DNA of 64,000 nucleotides from an uncultured Prolixibacteraceae bacterium (lineage in GTDB: Bacteria; Bacteroidota; Bacteroidia; Bacteroidales; FEN-979), in assembly GCA_964616825.1 (NCBI GenBank), contig CAZTSX010000006.1:1635-65634 (forward strand), given 5' to 3'. Each line of letters begins with the position of its first letter. The first letter of the stretch is position 1. A program made the position numbers and the translations under genes. The notes under the pieces were generated by a model. That model searched no databases. It was not told the DNA's origin and worked only from the letters and a program-made list of their open reading frames with translations. Positions 8,728 through 16,760 of this stretch are shown here, in pieces.

Positions 8728-9687
8728 TTAACTAGTTTTCCGCTCAATCGCTTTCAAGGCAGCAATCACAATATCCGGTGTATCCAGTCCGTATTTTTGT
8801 AAAAGTTCTTCCGGTTTTCCGCTCTCACCAAATTTATCATCTACAGCAACCATCTCCATCGGGACTGGATGATATCTGACCAGAGCCTGTGCGATGCTGT
8901 CGCCTAAACCTCCATAGCGTTGATGTTCCTCAGCTGACAAAGCGCATCCGGTCTTCCTGACAGATGACAGAACAGCCTCTTCATCCAATGGCTTGATCGT
9001 ATGTATGTTTATGACTTCAGCATGGATGCCCTGCTCTTCCAGGATGACACATGCCTCAAGCGCTTTCCAGACCAGGTGGCCCGTAGCAAAAATACTCACG
9101 TCGGAACCTTCCTGCAATGTCAGTGCTTTCCCGATGACAAACTCCTGATCCTCAAGTGTGAAATTTGGTACTTTGGGCCTGCCAAATCTCAGGTAAACCG
9201 GGCCAACATGCTTAGCAATTGCAAACGTAGCAGCCTTTGTCTGGTTAAAATCACAAGGATTGATCACAGTCATAAACGGAAGCATTTTCATCATACCGAT
9301 GTCCTCCAGACTCTGATGTGTCGCACCATCCTCACCAAGTGTTACACCGGCATGAGAAGCGCAAATTTTCACATTCTTTTGAGAGTAAGCTACCGATTGC
9401 CGGATCTGGTCAAACACCCGTGCTGTGGCAAAGTTTGCAAAGGTTCCGGCAAACGGGACCTTCCCTCCTATCGTCAAACCTGCGGCAAGGCCGATCATAT
9501 TGGCTTCAGCAATGCCGGCTTCTATAAACCTGTCAGGGAACTCCTTTGCAAATGCATTCATCTTCAGCGACCCGGTCAGGTCGGCACAAAGTGCTACAAT
9601 ATTTTCATTCGTCCTGCCAAGCTCCAATAAAGCTTCCCCAAAACCAGAACGAGTATCTTTTGAACCCAGGTTGGTAAATTTCATCAT
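8728..9687 (-). CDS. transketolase, C-terminal (pyrimidine-binding + C-terminal domain) subunit
   Basis: 319 aa. IAEANMIGLAAGL and GEDGATHQSLEDI motifs of the split transketolase B subunit. Confidence 0.9.
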   Translation of the reverse strand: MMKFTNLGSKDTRSGFGEALLELGRTNENIVALCADLTGSLKMNAFAKEFPDRFIEAGIAEANMIGLAAGLTIGGKVPFAGTFANFATARVFDQIRQSVAYSQKNVKICASHAGVTLGEDGATHQSLEDIGMMKMLPFMTVINPCDFNQTKAATFAIAKHVGPVYLRFGRPKVPNFTLEDQEFVIGKALTLQEGSDVSIFATGHLVWKALEACVILEEQGIHAEVINIHTIKPLDEEAVLSSVRKTGCALSAEEHQRYGGLGDSIAQALVRYHPVPMEMVAVDDKFGESGKPEELLQKYGLDTPDIVIAALKAIERKTS

Positions 9688-9701
9688 AGTATAATAGTTA
9701 T

Positions 9702-9871
9702 AAGGTCAATAAAGTCATTAAAGCCATTAAAGAAAACAATCTTACATCTTACATCTTACATTTCACTTTTCGCTATTCGCTTTTTCACCATATCACCACA
9801 TCACCACATCACCACATCACCACATCACCACATCACCACATCACCACCTCACTACCTCACAACACCACCTC
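9702..9871. repeat. composite spacer of four arrays: 9-mer x3, CTTACAT x3, TTCRCTW x3, ATCACCAC x7 plus 3 degenerate units
   Basis: AAGGTCAAT AAAGTCATT AAAGCCATT (9702-28). CTTACAT x3 (9741-61). TTCACTT TTCGCTA TTCGCTT (9762-82). ATCACCAC x7 exact (9792-9847), then CTCACTAC CTCACAAC ACCACCTC. Confidence 0.95.
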
Positions 9872-11215
9872 ACTCCGCTCTCCTGGTTCTACCCTGAATT
9901 GTTTTTGCCTGGAGTCACTCAATCGGTTAGAAGTTTTTGATCTGTATACTACATAGTAGTTTCCCGGCTGCAAATCGAACTTTTCCGGAATCGTGTCCCC
10001 ACGCAGATTACAAATCCAAAGCATCTCTCCACTCTGATCCATATAGAGACAACCAACTACTTCTTCACCGGTTTCGATCAGGACTTTCCCTGGTATGGGA
10101 ATCTCCAGCAGGGTCGTCTGATCCGGACCGATCGTCACATCCCAGTAATTCATCCTGGGAGTAGTCAGGACCGTAACATCATAGCTTCCTGCGATATATC
10201 GTTCCCTTTTATTGCTTTGCTGCACATGAATAGCTTGTCCCACGCCCCGTTGCCTGATGATACAAGGGTATGTTTGATCGCTCTCGGTTTTGAAAATAAG
10301 GTATCCCTGGGGGGCGTGAACATTTATCGGTGTATGCTTTCCTGGTTCAATCCATACTGAGTCTTTACGAGCCGGAGGAATGGTTTGAACCACCACATCA
10401 TAGGTAATCAACGGGTCGATAAAGAGTGTGTCGGGTAATCCTTTTTCATTCAATGTATGGATGAAACTGTACCGGGCGTTGCCCGTTGTCCGGTCGTAAA
10501 AAATCACATGGACATCGCTTTCCACAGGCATTTCATGTTGATTCAGGATATTGATCTGTGATGAAGTGGGGCTGAGCGATGTGGCTACAATATCATCCAG
10601 AACACGCTTAAACTCAGGCTCCACACTGGCATTGTAGTAGTTACCCATACAGTCGAAATAACCCTTCAACTGATCACCGATTCCGACAATAAAGGGGCGC
10701 AGGAATATCCCTCTGCTCTGTAGCTCCAGTGAAACTTGACAGGGATCGCCTTCACAGGCTTCCAGACCATCGGTAATCAGGATCACAATATTCCTGCACG
10801 TTTCACATGGGGTAAAATCAGTTACTGTTTGCTCCAGGGAGAACGCAATGGGGGTTGTTCCCCTTGGGCTCAGTTTTTCCAGGACAGAAGTGATGGTTGA
10901 AATATTATCAGCTCCGAATGGAACCATCAGGTACGAATCCTCACAATCGGGACCCGGTGTACGTTTGGGACCATAAATCCGTAATCCGATCTCCAGGTTT
11001 TCTTCACCCTGCAAGCTGTCAAGGATCGTACTCAATACATTGACAGCGATATTATACTTTGAATCACTTTGCCAGTGCTCAGTCATGCTCTCCGAAGCAT
11101 CAAAAACGATCAGAATCCGGCTTAGCAGCTCCTCTTCGTCAGGATTCATAATCGGCTGGCAAATCAGCGTTACACTAAAAAACATTGAAATCACAAAACC
11201 GATAATTTTCTTCAT
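9857..11215 (-). CDS. secreted von Willebrand factor A domain protein with C-terminal beta-sandwich-like region (paralog 1)
   Basis: Signal peptide. Complete MIDAS (DASESM ... TTPIA ... ITDG). Cys-rich TDGLEACEGDPC. Collinear with the adjacent paralog. Confidence 0.8.
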   Translation of the reverse strand: MKKIIGFVISMFFSVTLICQPIMNPDEEELLSRILIVFDASESMTEHWQSDSKYNIAVNVLSTILDSLQGEENLEIGLRIYGPKRTPGPDCEDSYLMVPFGADNISTITSVLEKLSPRGTTPIAFSLEQTVTDFTPCETCRNIVILITDGLEACEGDPCQVSLELQSRGIFLRPFIVGIGDQLKGYFDCMGNYYNASVEPEFKRVLDDIVATSLSPTSSQINILNQHEMPVESDVHVIFYDRTTGNARYSFIHTLNEKGLPDTLFIDPLITYDVVVQTIPPARKDSVWIEPGKHTPINVHAPQGYLIFKTESDQTYPCIIRQRGVGQAIHVQQSNKRERYIAGSYDVTVLTTPRMNYWDVTIGPDQTTLLEIPIPGKVLIETGEEVVGCLYMDQSGEMLWICNLRGDTIPEKFDLQPGNYYVVYRSKTSNRLSDSRQKQFRVEPGERSEVVL

Positions 11216-11250
11216 CCAGTCATCAAGTTATCCAGTCATCCAGCATCTAG
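11213..11250. repeat. CATCCAG-like word spacer between the vWA paralogs
   Basis: CATCCAGT CATCAAGTTATCCAGT CATCCAG CATCTAG. It spans the paralog-1 start codon and the paralog-2 stop codon. Confidence 0.7.
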
Positions 11251-12635
11251 TAATCATACAACCTCACATTTGTAGTCAGGCCCGATTTAATCTCAAAGCC
11301 CTTTTCAATCGTATAAAACGTCCTGTTCGCATATTTCGATCTGAATACAACACGATAGTTCCCAGGCTGAAGATAAAGTGTCTCCTGATGCTGGGGCGTG
11401 TCTTTCAGGTTATAAAGCCAGATCAACTCATTCCGGTTTTCCAGGTAAACGCTCCCATATCCTTTCGTTGTGGTTTGAATCACTGCAATTCCGGGTAGCG
11501 GGATCTCCACTGTAGTCGTATGGTTTTGCCTGATCTCAATGTCACCGGATGAGATTCGTGGCAGACACAGAATTTCCGCTTCATAGGTTCCGGTCAGGTA
11601 TTTCTCCAGTTGATCAAAATCCTGGACATTAATCGTCTCATGTTCTCCCTTCTTTCGAATGATACAGAGAAGGTCCTTCAATATTGTTCGTCCCTTGGCC
11701 CGGAATGCCAGAAAGCCCTGAGGAGCATCAATCCCAACTGTATTGTGGATGCCTGAGGTCAGCTTGATGCTATCCTTATGCACAGGAGGTATGGTATGAA
11801 CCACGATATCGTATGTTACCAATGGGTCAATTTCCAGAGTATCAGGAACCCCTTTGCTGTTCATTGAATGAATCAGGTTGTGTTTGATCTTTCCCGAAAC
11901 GTGATCATAAAATGTCATGTTAACATTGGTCTCTTTCGGGTTTTCGTAGATATCAAGCAGGTTCACCTGAATGGTAGTGGGATTGAGAGCGCGGGAGATA
12001 ATCACCTTCAGCGCTTGCCGGAATTCATTCTCATCCTTTGCATCAAAATAGGTGCCGACACACTCAAACTGCTCTTTAAAACTTCTTCCTATGCCAATAA
12101 TAAATGGCTTCAGAATGATTCCCTGACGCTGAAGCTCGACTGAAACCAGGCATGGATCTCCGTCACACTCTTCAATACCATCTGTAATCAGGATGATGAT
12201 GTTGCGGCAGTTATCACAAGGCGGAAAATCCTTTGCAGCTTCAGAGAGTGAATGTGCGATCGGGGTGATCCCTTTGGGAGAGACCGATCTGAATACCTGC
12301 TTTATCTGTGCGATATTGTCTTTTCCGAAAGGAACCTTCAACTCGGTGTCGATGCAATCACCAGGTGGATAGTACCGTTGATGTCCATAAAGCCGAAGAG
12401 CGAGTTCCAGGTTAGGTGTTCCACGTAAGCTATCAAGGATAGTGGAGAAGAGTCGCGTCGCAATATTGAACTTGGTGTCACTTTCCCATCTCCCGATCAT
12501 ACTTTGTGATGCATCAAAAACAAAGAGGATGCGGTTCACCGGTTTAGGCAACTCCTTTTCATCATCTTGTGCCCAAAGAGTCGTTATGCTAAAAACAAGC
12601 AGCAAAAAGAAAATATATTTTTTTGGTCTATACAT
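11247..12635 (-). CDS. secreted von Willebrand factor A domain protein (paralog 2)
   Basis: Signal peptide (LWA-QDD). MIDAS DASQSM ... ITPIA ... ITDG. Same architecture as 9857-11215. Confidence 0.8.
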   Translation of the reverse strand: MYRPKKYIFFLLLVFSITTLWAQDDEKELPKPVNRILFVFDASQSMIGRWESDTKFNIATRLFSTILDSLRGTPNLELALRLYGHQRYYPPGDCIDTELKVPFGKDNIAQIKQVFRSVSPKGITPIAHSLSEAAKDFPPCDNCRNIIILITDGIEECDGDPCLVSVELQRQGIILKPFIIGIGRSFKEQFECVGTYFDAKDENEFRQALKVIISRALNPTTIQVNLLDIYENPKETNVNMTFYDHVSGKIKHNLIHSMNSKGVPDTLEIDPLVTYDIVVHTIPPVHKDSIKLTSGIHNTVGIDAPQGFLAFRAKGRTILKDLLCIIRKKGEHETINVQDFDQLEKYLTGTYEAEILCLPRISSGDIEIRQNHTTTVEIPLPGIAVIQTTTKGYGSVYLENRNELIWLYNLKDTPQHQETLYLQPGNYRVVFRSKYANRTFYTIEKGFEIKSGLTTNVRLYDY

Positions 12636-12640
12636 AAAAG

Positions 12641-12786
12641 GTCATACGGAAATTCAGTCATACGGTAATTGTATATCATTTTTCGTATTTCCGTATTTCA
12701 TATTTCGTATTTCGTATTTCCATATTTCGTATTTCCGTATTTCGTCATTAAATCGTAAATCGGAAATCGAATTAATCGGAAATTTC
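12641..12786. repeat. composite spacer: 16-mer x2, ATTTC(C)RT x8-9, AAATCGN x3-5
   Basis: GTCATACGGAAATTCA / GTCATACGGTAATTGT (12641-72). 7-8 nt ATTTCGT-type units (12682-12748). AAATCGT AAATCGG AAATCGA ATTAATCGG AAATTTC (12750-86). Confidence 0.9.
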
Positions 12787-13630
12787 AATAGTCCCCAAGT
12801 GTCTCTTCAAGTTGTTCAAGCGCTGATTCCGCCTGTTCATCGTTGGGTGGTACACCATGCCATTCATGTTTATCGAGCATGAAATCAACGCCATAACCCA
12901 TGTGGGAATGCATGATAATTATAACGGGTTTCCCTTGATTTAATTGTTGTTTTGCAAGGGTTAACTGATCTACTACATCAGTCATGTCGTTGCCTTGCAT
13001 CTCCATCACATGCCAGCTAAAAGATTCCAGCTTTCCGCGCAGATCACCCAATGGAATTACCTCTTCTATGGGTCCGTCAATCTGCTTGCCATTATAATCG
13101 ATCACGGCAATGATGTTATCTACACACTTCCCTGCTCCGAACATCAGGGCCTCCCAGTTCTGACCCTCCTGAAGTTCTCCATCACCAAGGAGACAAAATA
13201 CAGTATGCGGATCCCCATTCAGTTTCTTGGCCAATGCCGCTCCCAGTGCAACGGATAAACCCTGGCCCAGGGAACCTGATGCAACCCGAATGCCCGGCGT
13301 GCCTTCCAGCGTTGATGGATGCCCCTGCAGCCGTGTATCCAATTTTCGGAATGTGGCCAGCTCAAAAACGTCGAAAAAACCATACCGGGCAAGCACACTG
13401 TACCAGAGTGTAGAGAGGTGCCCGTTGGAAAGAAAGAAAAGATCTTCGCCCTCTCCATCAAGGGTAAAACTTCCGGGATCGGGTTTCATGATTGCAAAAT
13501 AGAGCGCAACCAGAAAATCGGTGGCTCCTAATGCTCCACCCGGATGACCAGATGAAGCTCCATGGATCATACGAACGATATCACGCCTGATCTGGGAGGC
13601 AATTTTTGTTAGTTCAGTTGTCGATAGCAT
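12785..13630 (-). CDS. transketolase, N-terminal (thiamine-diphosphate-binding) subunit
   Basis: SGHPGGALG and GDGELQEGQNWEA motifs. Start set at MLSTTELTKIA because a TATATTTG box (13669-13676) lies inside the longer track ORF. Confidence 0.9.
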   Translation of the reverse strand: MLSTTELTKIASQIRRDIVRMIHGASSGHPGGALGATDFLVALYFAIMKPDPGSFTLDGEGEDLFFLSNGHLSTLWYSVLARYGFFDVFELATFRKLDTRLQGHPSTLEGTPGIRVASGSLGQGLSVALGAALAKKLNGDPHTVFCLLGDGELQEGQNWEALMFGAGKCVDNIIAVIDYNGKQIDGPIEEVIPLGDLRGKLESFSWHVMEMQGNDMTDVVDQLTLAKQQLNQGKPVIIIMHSHMGYGVDFMLDKHEWHGVPPNDEQAESALEQLEETLGDY

Positions 13631-13668
13631 TGATAATGACGTTTTTAAGTTGAGTATTGCTGTCGTGT

Positions 13669-13676
13669 CAAATATA
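13669..13676 (-). promoter_or_regulatory. -7 box TATATTTG upstream of transketolase N-subunit gene
   Basis: TAnnTTTG match 38 nt upstream of ATG 13630. It is the only such box I see for the tktN-vWA-vWA-tktC gene string. Confidence 0.5.
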
Positions 13677-13735
13677 GGTCTTTTCAACGATGGAAAAGAG
13701 CGGGTGTTAATAAAATTGGATAAGATTTAAAATCC

Positions 13736-13743
13736 TATTTTTG
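13736..13743 (+). promoter_or_regulatory. -7 box TATTTTTG upstream of GH3/beta-lactamase-like gene
   Basis: TAnnTTTG match 28 nt upstream of ATG 13772. Confidence 0.5.
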
Positions 13744-13771
13744 CAATGCTGCATTTCAACTTTTTCTACAC

Positions 13772-16705
13772 ATGAAATTAGTTACTCTGGTTGCAATTCT
13801 CCTGCTGGGTTTTCAATATAACAACCGCTCTTCCGGAGCAGAAAACGATTTCAACACCTTTGAACTTCAGAAAGAGAGATGGGTTGAATCTGTTTATAAC
13901 GCCCTGACAATCAACGAACGAATAGCACAACTATTCATCATCCGGGCTTACTCGAACAGAAACCAGCGGTACAACGACCGTATGACAGATCTAATCCGCA
14001 GATACAATGTGGGAGGAGTTTGCTTTTTTCAGGGAACTCCTTCTGCGCAGATTGAATTGACCAACCGCTGGCAACAAGCTGTGAAAATACCATTGATTGT
14101 TGCTATTGATGCGGAATGGGGATTGGGAATGCGCCTCAATGGTGCCTATAATTTCCCCTTCCTGATGACGCTGGGAGCCTCCGGAGATAACATGCTTGTG
14201 TATGAGATGGCATCTGCTATTGCCCGTGACTGCAGGCGAATGGGTATCCATATGAACCTGGCTCCTGTCGTGGATGTGAACAACAATCCCAACAATCCGG
14301 TGATCAACTTTCGTTCTTTTGGAGAAAATCCCTACAACGTAGCCCGGAAAGGAGTCATGTATGTCAATGGCCTGCAGGATCATGGTGTTGTAGCTACCGC
14401 AAAACACTTTCCTGGCCATGGTGATACTGATTCCGACTCACACCACACACTCCCCCTGGTGAACCATTCGAAATACAGGATGGAAGCAATCGAGCTGTTT
14501 CCGTTTCAGGAGGTAATCAATAATGGAGTAAAAGGGATTATGATCGCACATCTCTACGTCCCCTCCTACGATAATACCCCAAACCTACCCACAACGCTCT
14601 CACCTAGAATCGTCAACGAACTGCTAAAAAACGACATGAGATTTCAGGGATTCGTGATCACCGATGCCCTCGATATGAGTGGAGTTACCAGATACTATTC
14701 CCCGGGTGAAATTGAAGTCAAAGCACTGCTTGCCGGAAATGATATCCTGCTTCTCCCGCAGGACATCTCAAAAGCCATCGTTGCTATCCGTCGGGCCGTT
14801 AAAAGATCGATTATTCCCATAGAACTTATCGAACGAAAATGCAAGGAGATTCTGAGACTTAAATTTGACCTTGGGCTCGATCTGGTTACACCGATTGATC
14901 AGAACAACCTCTCCAGGGAACTTAATCCCATTAGTTCAAACGTGATTACCAACAAGATCTATAAATCAGCTGTCACCCTTGTAAAGAACGATAACAATCT
15001 GATCCCGCTAACGCGGTTGCAAAACCGAATGATCGCATCCGTCTCAATTGGCGCAACCACCCAAACTCCTTTCCAGAAGAGGTTGAATTGGTATGCTCCT
15101 GTGACCTATTTCCGGGTATCCACGCAAGCAACTTCGAGTCTACTGCTTCAACTCAGGAAGAAGTTAAAAGCATACGATCTGGTGATCCTGGGTATTCACA
15201 ATAATAACCTCTACCCTGCAAACAGCTTCGGGATCCCTGTCAGCGTGTTTAACTTTATCCACAAACTCAGCCAGAACAAGCGGACCATTCTTGCCATTTT
15301 TGGAAATCCATATATCCTTAATTCACTGAAAAGCACTTCCAGCCCTGGAGCAATCCTGGTTACTTACCAGGATCAACCTGAAGCTGAAGAGGTAGCTGCA
15401 GAAGTGATAGTTGGCGGAATAGGATCGCGGGGACATCTGCCTGTCACAACCAACACTTTCCCGGCAGGGACAGGCATTGAAACGGATAAAACCCGGCTGG
15501 AATTTGTGATCCCGGAAGAGATTGGCATCTCATCAAAAGAACTGGAATCGATCGATAGCCTTGTTATTGACGGGATAGCCTCTGAAGCCTATCCGGGATG
15601 CCAGGTCCTGTTTGCCAAAGAGGGAAAGGTCTTTTACAACAAAGCGTTTGGTCATCCCCGGTATAATGATCAAACGCTTGTCAGGCCAACAGACATCTAC
15701 GATATTGCTTCCCTGACCAAAGTAGCTGCTACTACCCTGGCTGTCATGAAACTTTATGAACAGGGTGCCATCCATCCCGATTATCCACTTTCCCATTACC
15801 TTCCGGAACTCAGAGCTACAAATAAAGAACGGATAACTATCCGGGAAATCATGGCACACCAAGCCGGCCTTGAGCCCTGGATCCCCTTCTTTGAAATGAC
15901 GTTGAAAGACAGTCTATATCCTGACCCGGAGATCTACAGTCCGGTAAAATCTTCGCGCTTCCCCATTCGGGTATCCAACGGTCTTTATATCAAACAAACT
16001 TACTACGACAGCATTTTTCATTGGATCATCCAATCGGAACTCAGACCGGATAAGGAATACAAATACAGCGACCTCGGTTTTTACCTGTTGATGGACCTGG
16101 TGGAACGAACCACAAACCTCCCCTTCCAAATTTACCTGGAGGAAAACTTTTATCGACCCCTTGGCCTTACGACGCTTGGATTTCACCCATATAAGAACAT
16201 TCCGCTGAGCCGGATTATGCCTACAGAGTATGATACGCTCTTCCGGCAACAAGTTATCCATGGCGATGTGCATGATCCGGGAGCGGCTATGCTCGGAGGT
16301 GTTTCAGGGCATGCCGGCCTCTTCAGTGACGCTTTCGATCTGGCGGTGATCTTCCAGATGCTTCTCAACAACGGACAATACGGAGGGAAACAATATCTCC
16401 TGCCTTCCACCATCCAGGAATTCACCCGGATTCAATTTCCGGAAGATGAGAATCGCCGTGGAATGGCCTTCGACAAGCCCCTGCTGGAATACGAATCCGA
16501 TGGCCCGACATGCGAATGGGTATCGTCAGTTAGTTTTGGTCACTCAGGATTCACCGGGGTATACGTGTGGGCCGATCCTGCTAATGAACTGGTTTATGTT
16601 TTCCTCTCAAACAGAATCTTTCCTGATGCGATGAACTCGAAAATCTCAGAGATGAACATCCGAACCAAGATTCACCAGAAGATGTATGAAATCCTGAAAA
16701 AATAA
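13772..16705 (+). CDS. fusion protein: glycoside hydrolase family 3 (NagZ-like beta-N-acetylhexosaminidase) + serine beta-lactamase-like hydrolase
   Basis: N-terminal half carries KHFPGHGDTDSDSHH (GH3). C-terminal half carries SxxK (ASLTKV) and the YSD/HSGFTG pattern of class C beta-lactamase-related proteins. 977 aa with signal peptide. Confidence 0.85.
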   Translation: MKLVTLVAILLLGFQYNNRSSGAENDFNTFELQKERWVESVYNALTINERIAQLFIIRAYSNRNQRYNDRMTDLIRRYNVGGVCFFQGTPSAQIELTNRWQQAVKIPLIVAIDAEWGLGMRLNGAYNFPFLMTLGASGDNMLVYEMASAIARDCRRMGIHMNLAPVVDVNNNPNNPVINFRSFGENPYNVARKGVMYVNGLQDHGVVATAKHFPGHGDTDSDSHHTLPLVNHSKYRMEAIELFPFQEVINNGVKGIMIAHLYVPSYDNTPNLPTTLSPRIVNELLKNDMRFQGFVITDALDMSGVTRYYSPGEIEVKALLAGNDILLLPQDISKAIVAIRRAVKRSIIPIELIERKCKEILRLKFDLGLDLVTPIDQNNLSRELNPISSNVITNKIYKSAVTLVKNDNNLIPLTRLQNRMIASVSIGATTQTPFQKRLNWYAPVTYFRVSTQATSSLLLQLRKKLKAYDLVILGIHNNNLYPANSFGIPVSVFNFIHKLSQNKRTILAIFGNPYILNSLKSTSSPGAILVTYQDQPEAEEVAAEVIVGGIGSRGHLPVTTNTFPAGTGIETDKTRLEFVIPEEIGISSKELESIDSLVIDGIASEAYPGCQVLFAKEGKVFYNKAFGHPRYNDQTLVRPTDIYDIASLTKVAATTLAVMKLYEQGAIHPDYPLSHYLPELRATNKERITIREIMAHQAGLEPWIPFFEMTLKDSLYPDPEIYSPVKSSRFPIRVSNGLYIKQTYYDSIFHWIIQSELRPDKEYKYSDLGFYLLMDLVERTTNLPFQIYLEENFYRPLGLTTLGFHPYKNIPLSRIMPTEYDTLFRQQVIHGDVHDPGAAMLGGVSGHAGLFSDAFDLAVIFQMLLNNGQYGGKQYLLPSTIQEFTRIQFPEDENRRGMAFDKPLLEYESDGPTCEWVSSVSFGHSGFTGVYVWADPANELVYVFLSNRIFPDAMNSKISEMNIRTKIHQKMYEILKK

Positions 16706-16718
16706 CTGTAGAATTACT

Positions 16719-16726
16719 TATTTTTG
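16719..16726 (+). promoter_or_regulatory. -7 box TATTTTTG upstream of 16761 membrane protein gene
   Basis: TAnnTTTG match 34 nt upstream of the ATG. Confidence 0.45.
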
Positions 16727-16760
16727 CAGGGAGCTAGAAATAATTATTTAAATCCAAACT

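Noticed and set aside
9001-9630. 209-aa ORF on the plus strand
   Set aside because: It is antisense to the transketolase C-subunit gene, whose motifs are unambiguous. It has no motifs of its own.
9702-9871. Possible CRISPR array (also considered for 12641-12786, 58311-58390, 60411-60460)
   Set aside because: Units are 7-10 nt and directly abutting, with no unique spacers. No cas genes are in the window. These are tandem micro/minisatellite-like arrays, not CRISPRs.
12442-12882. 146-aa plus-strand ORF with YFIFRISYFHISYFRISS segment
   Set aside because: It reads through the heptamer arrays of the 12641-12786 spacer and the antisense of two real genes. The periodic peptide is an artefact of the DNA repeat.
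13631-13687. N-terminal extensions of track ORFs (also 924-1031, 5129-5176, 34000-34068, 34466-34558, 48469-48657, 49301-49312, 58362-58403)
   Set aside because: Family-typical N-termini or signal peptides begin at internal Met codons. The extensions overlap upstream genes, promoter boxes or repeat arrays.
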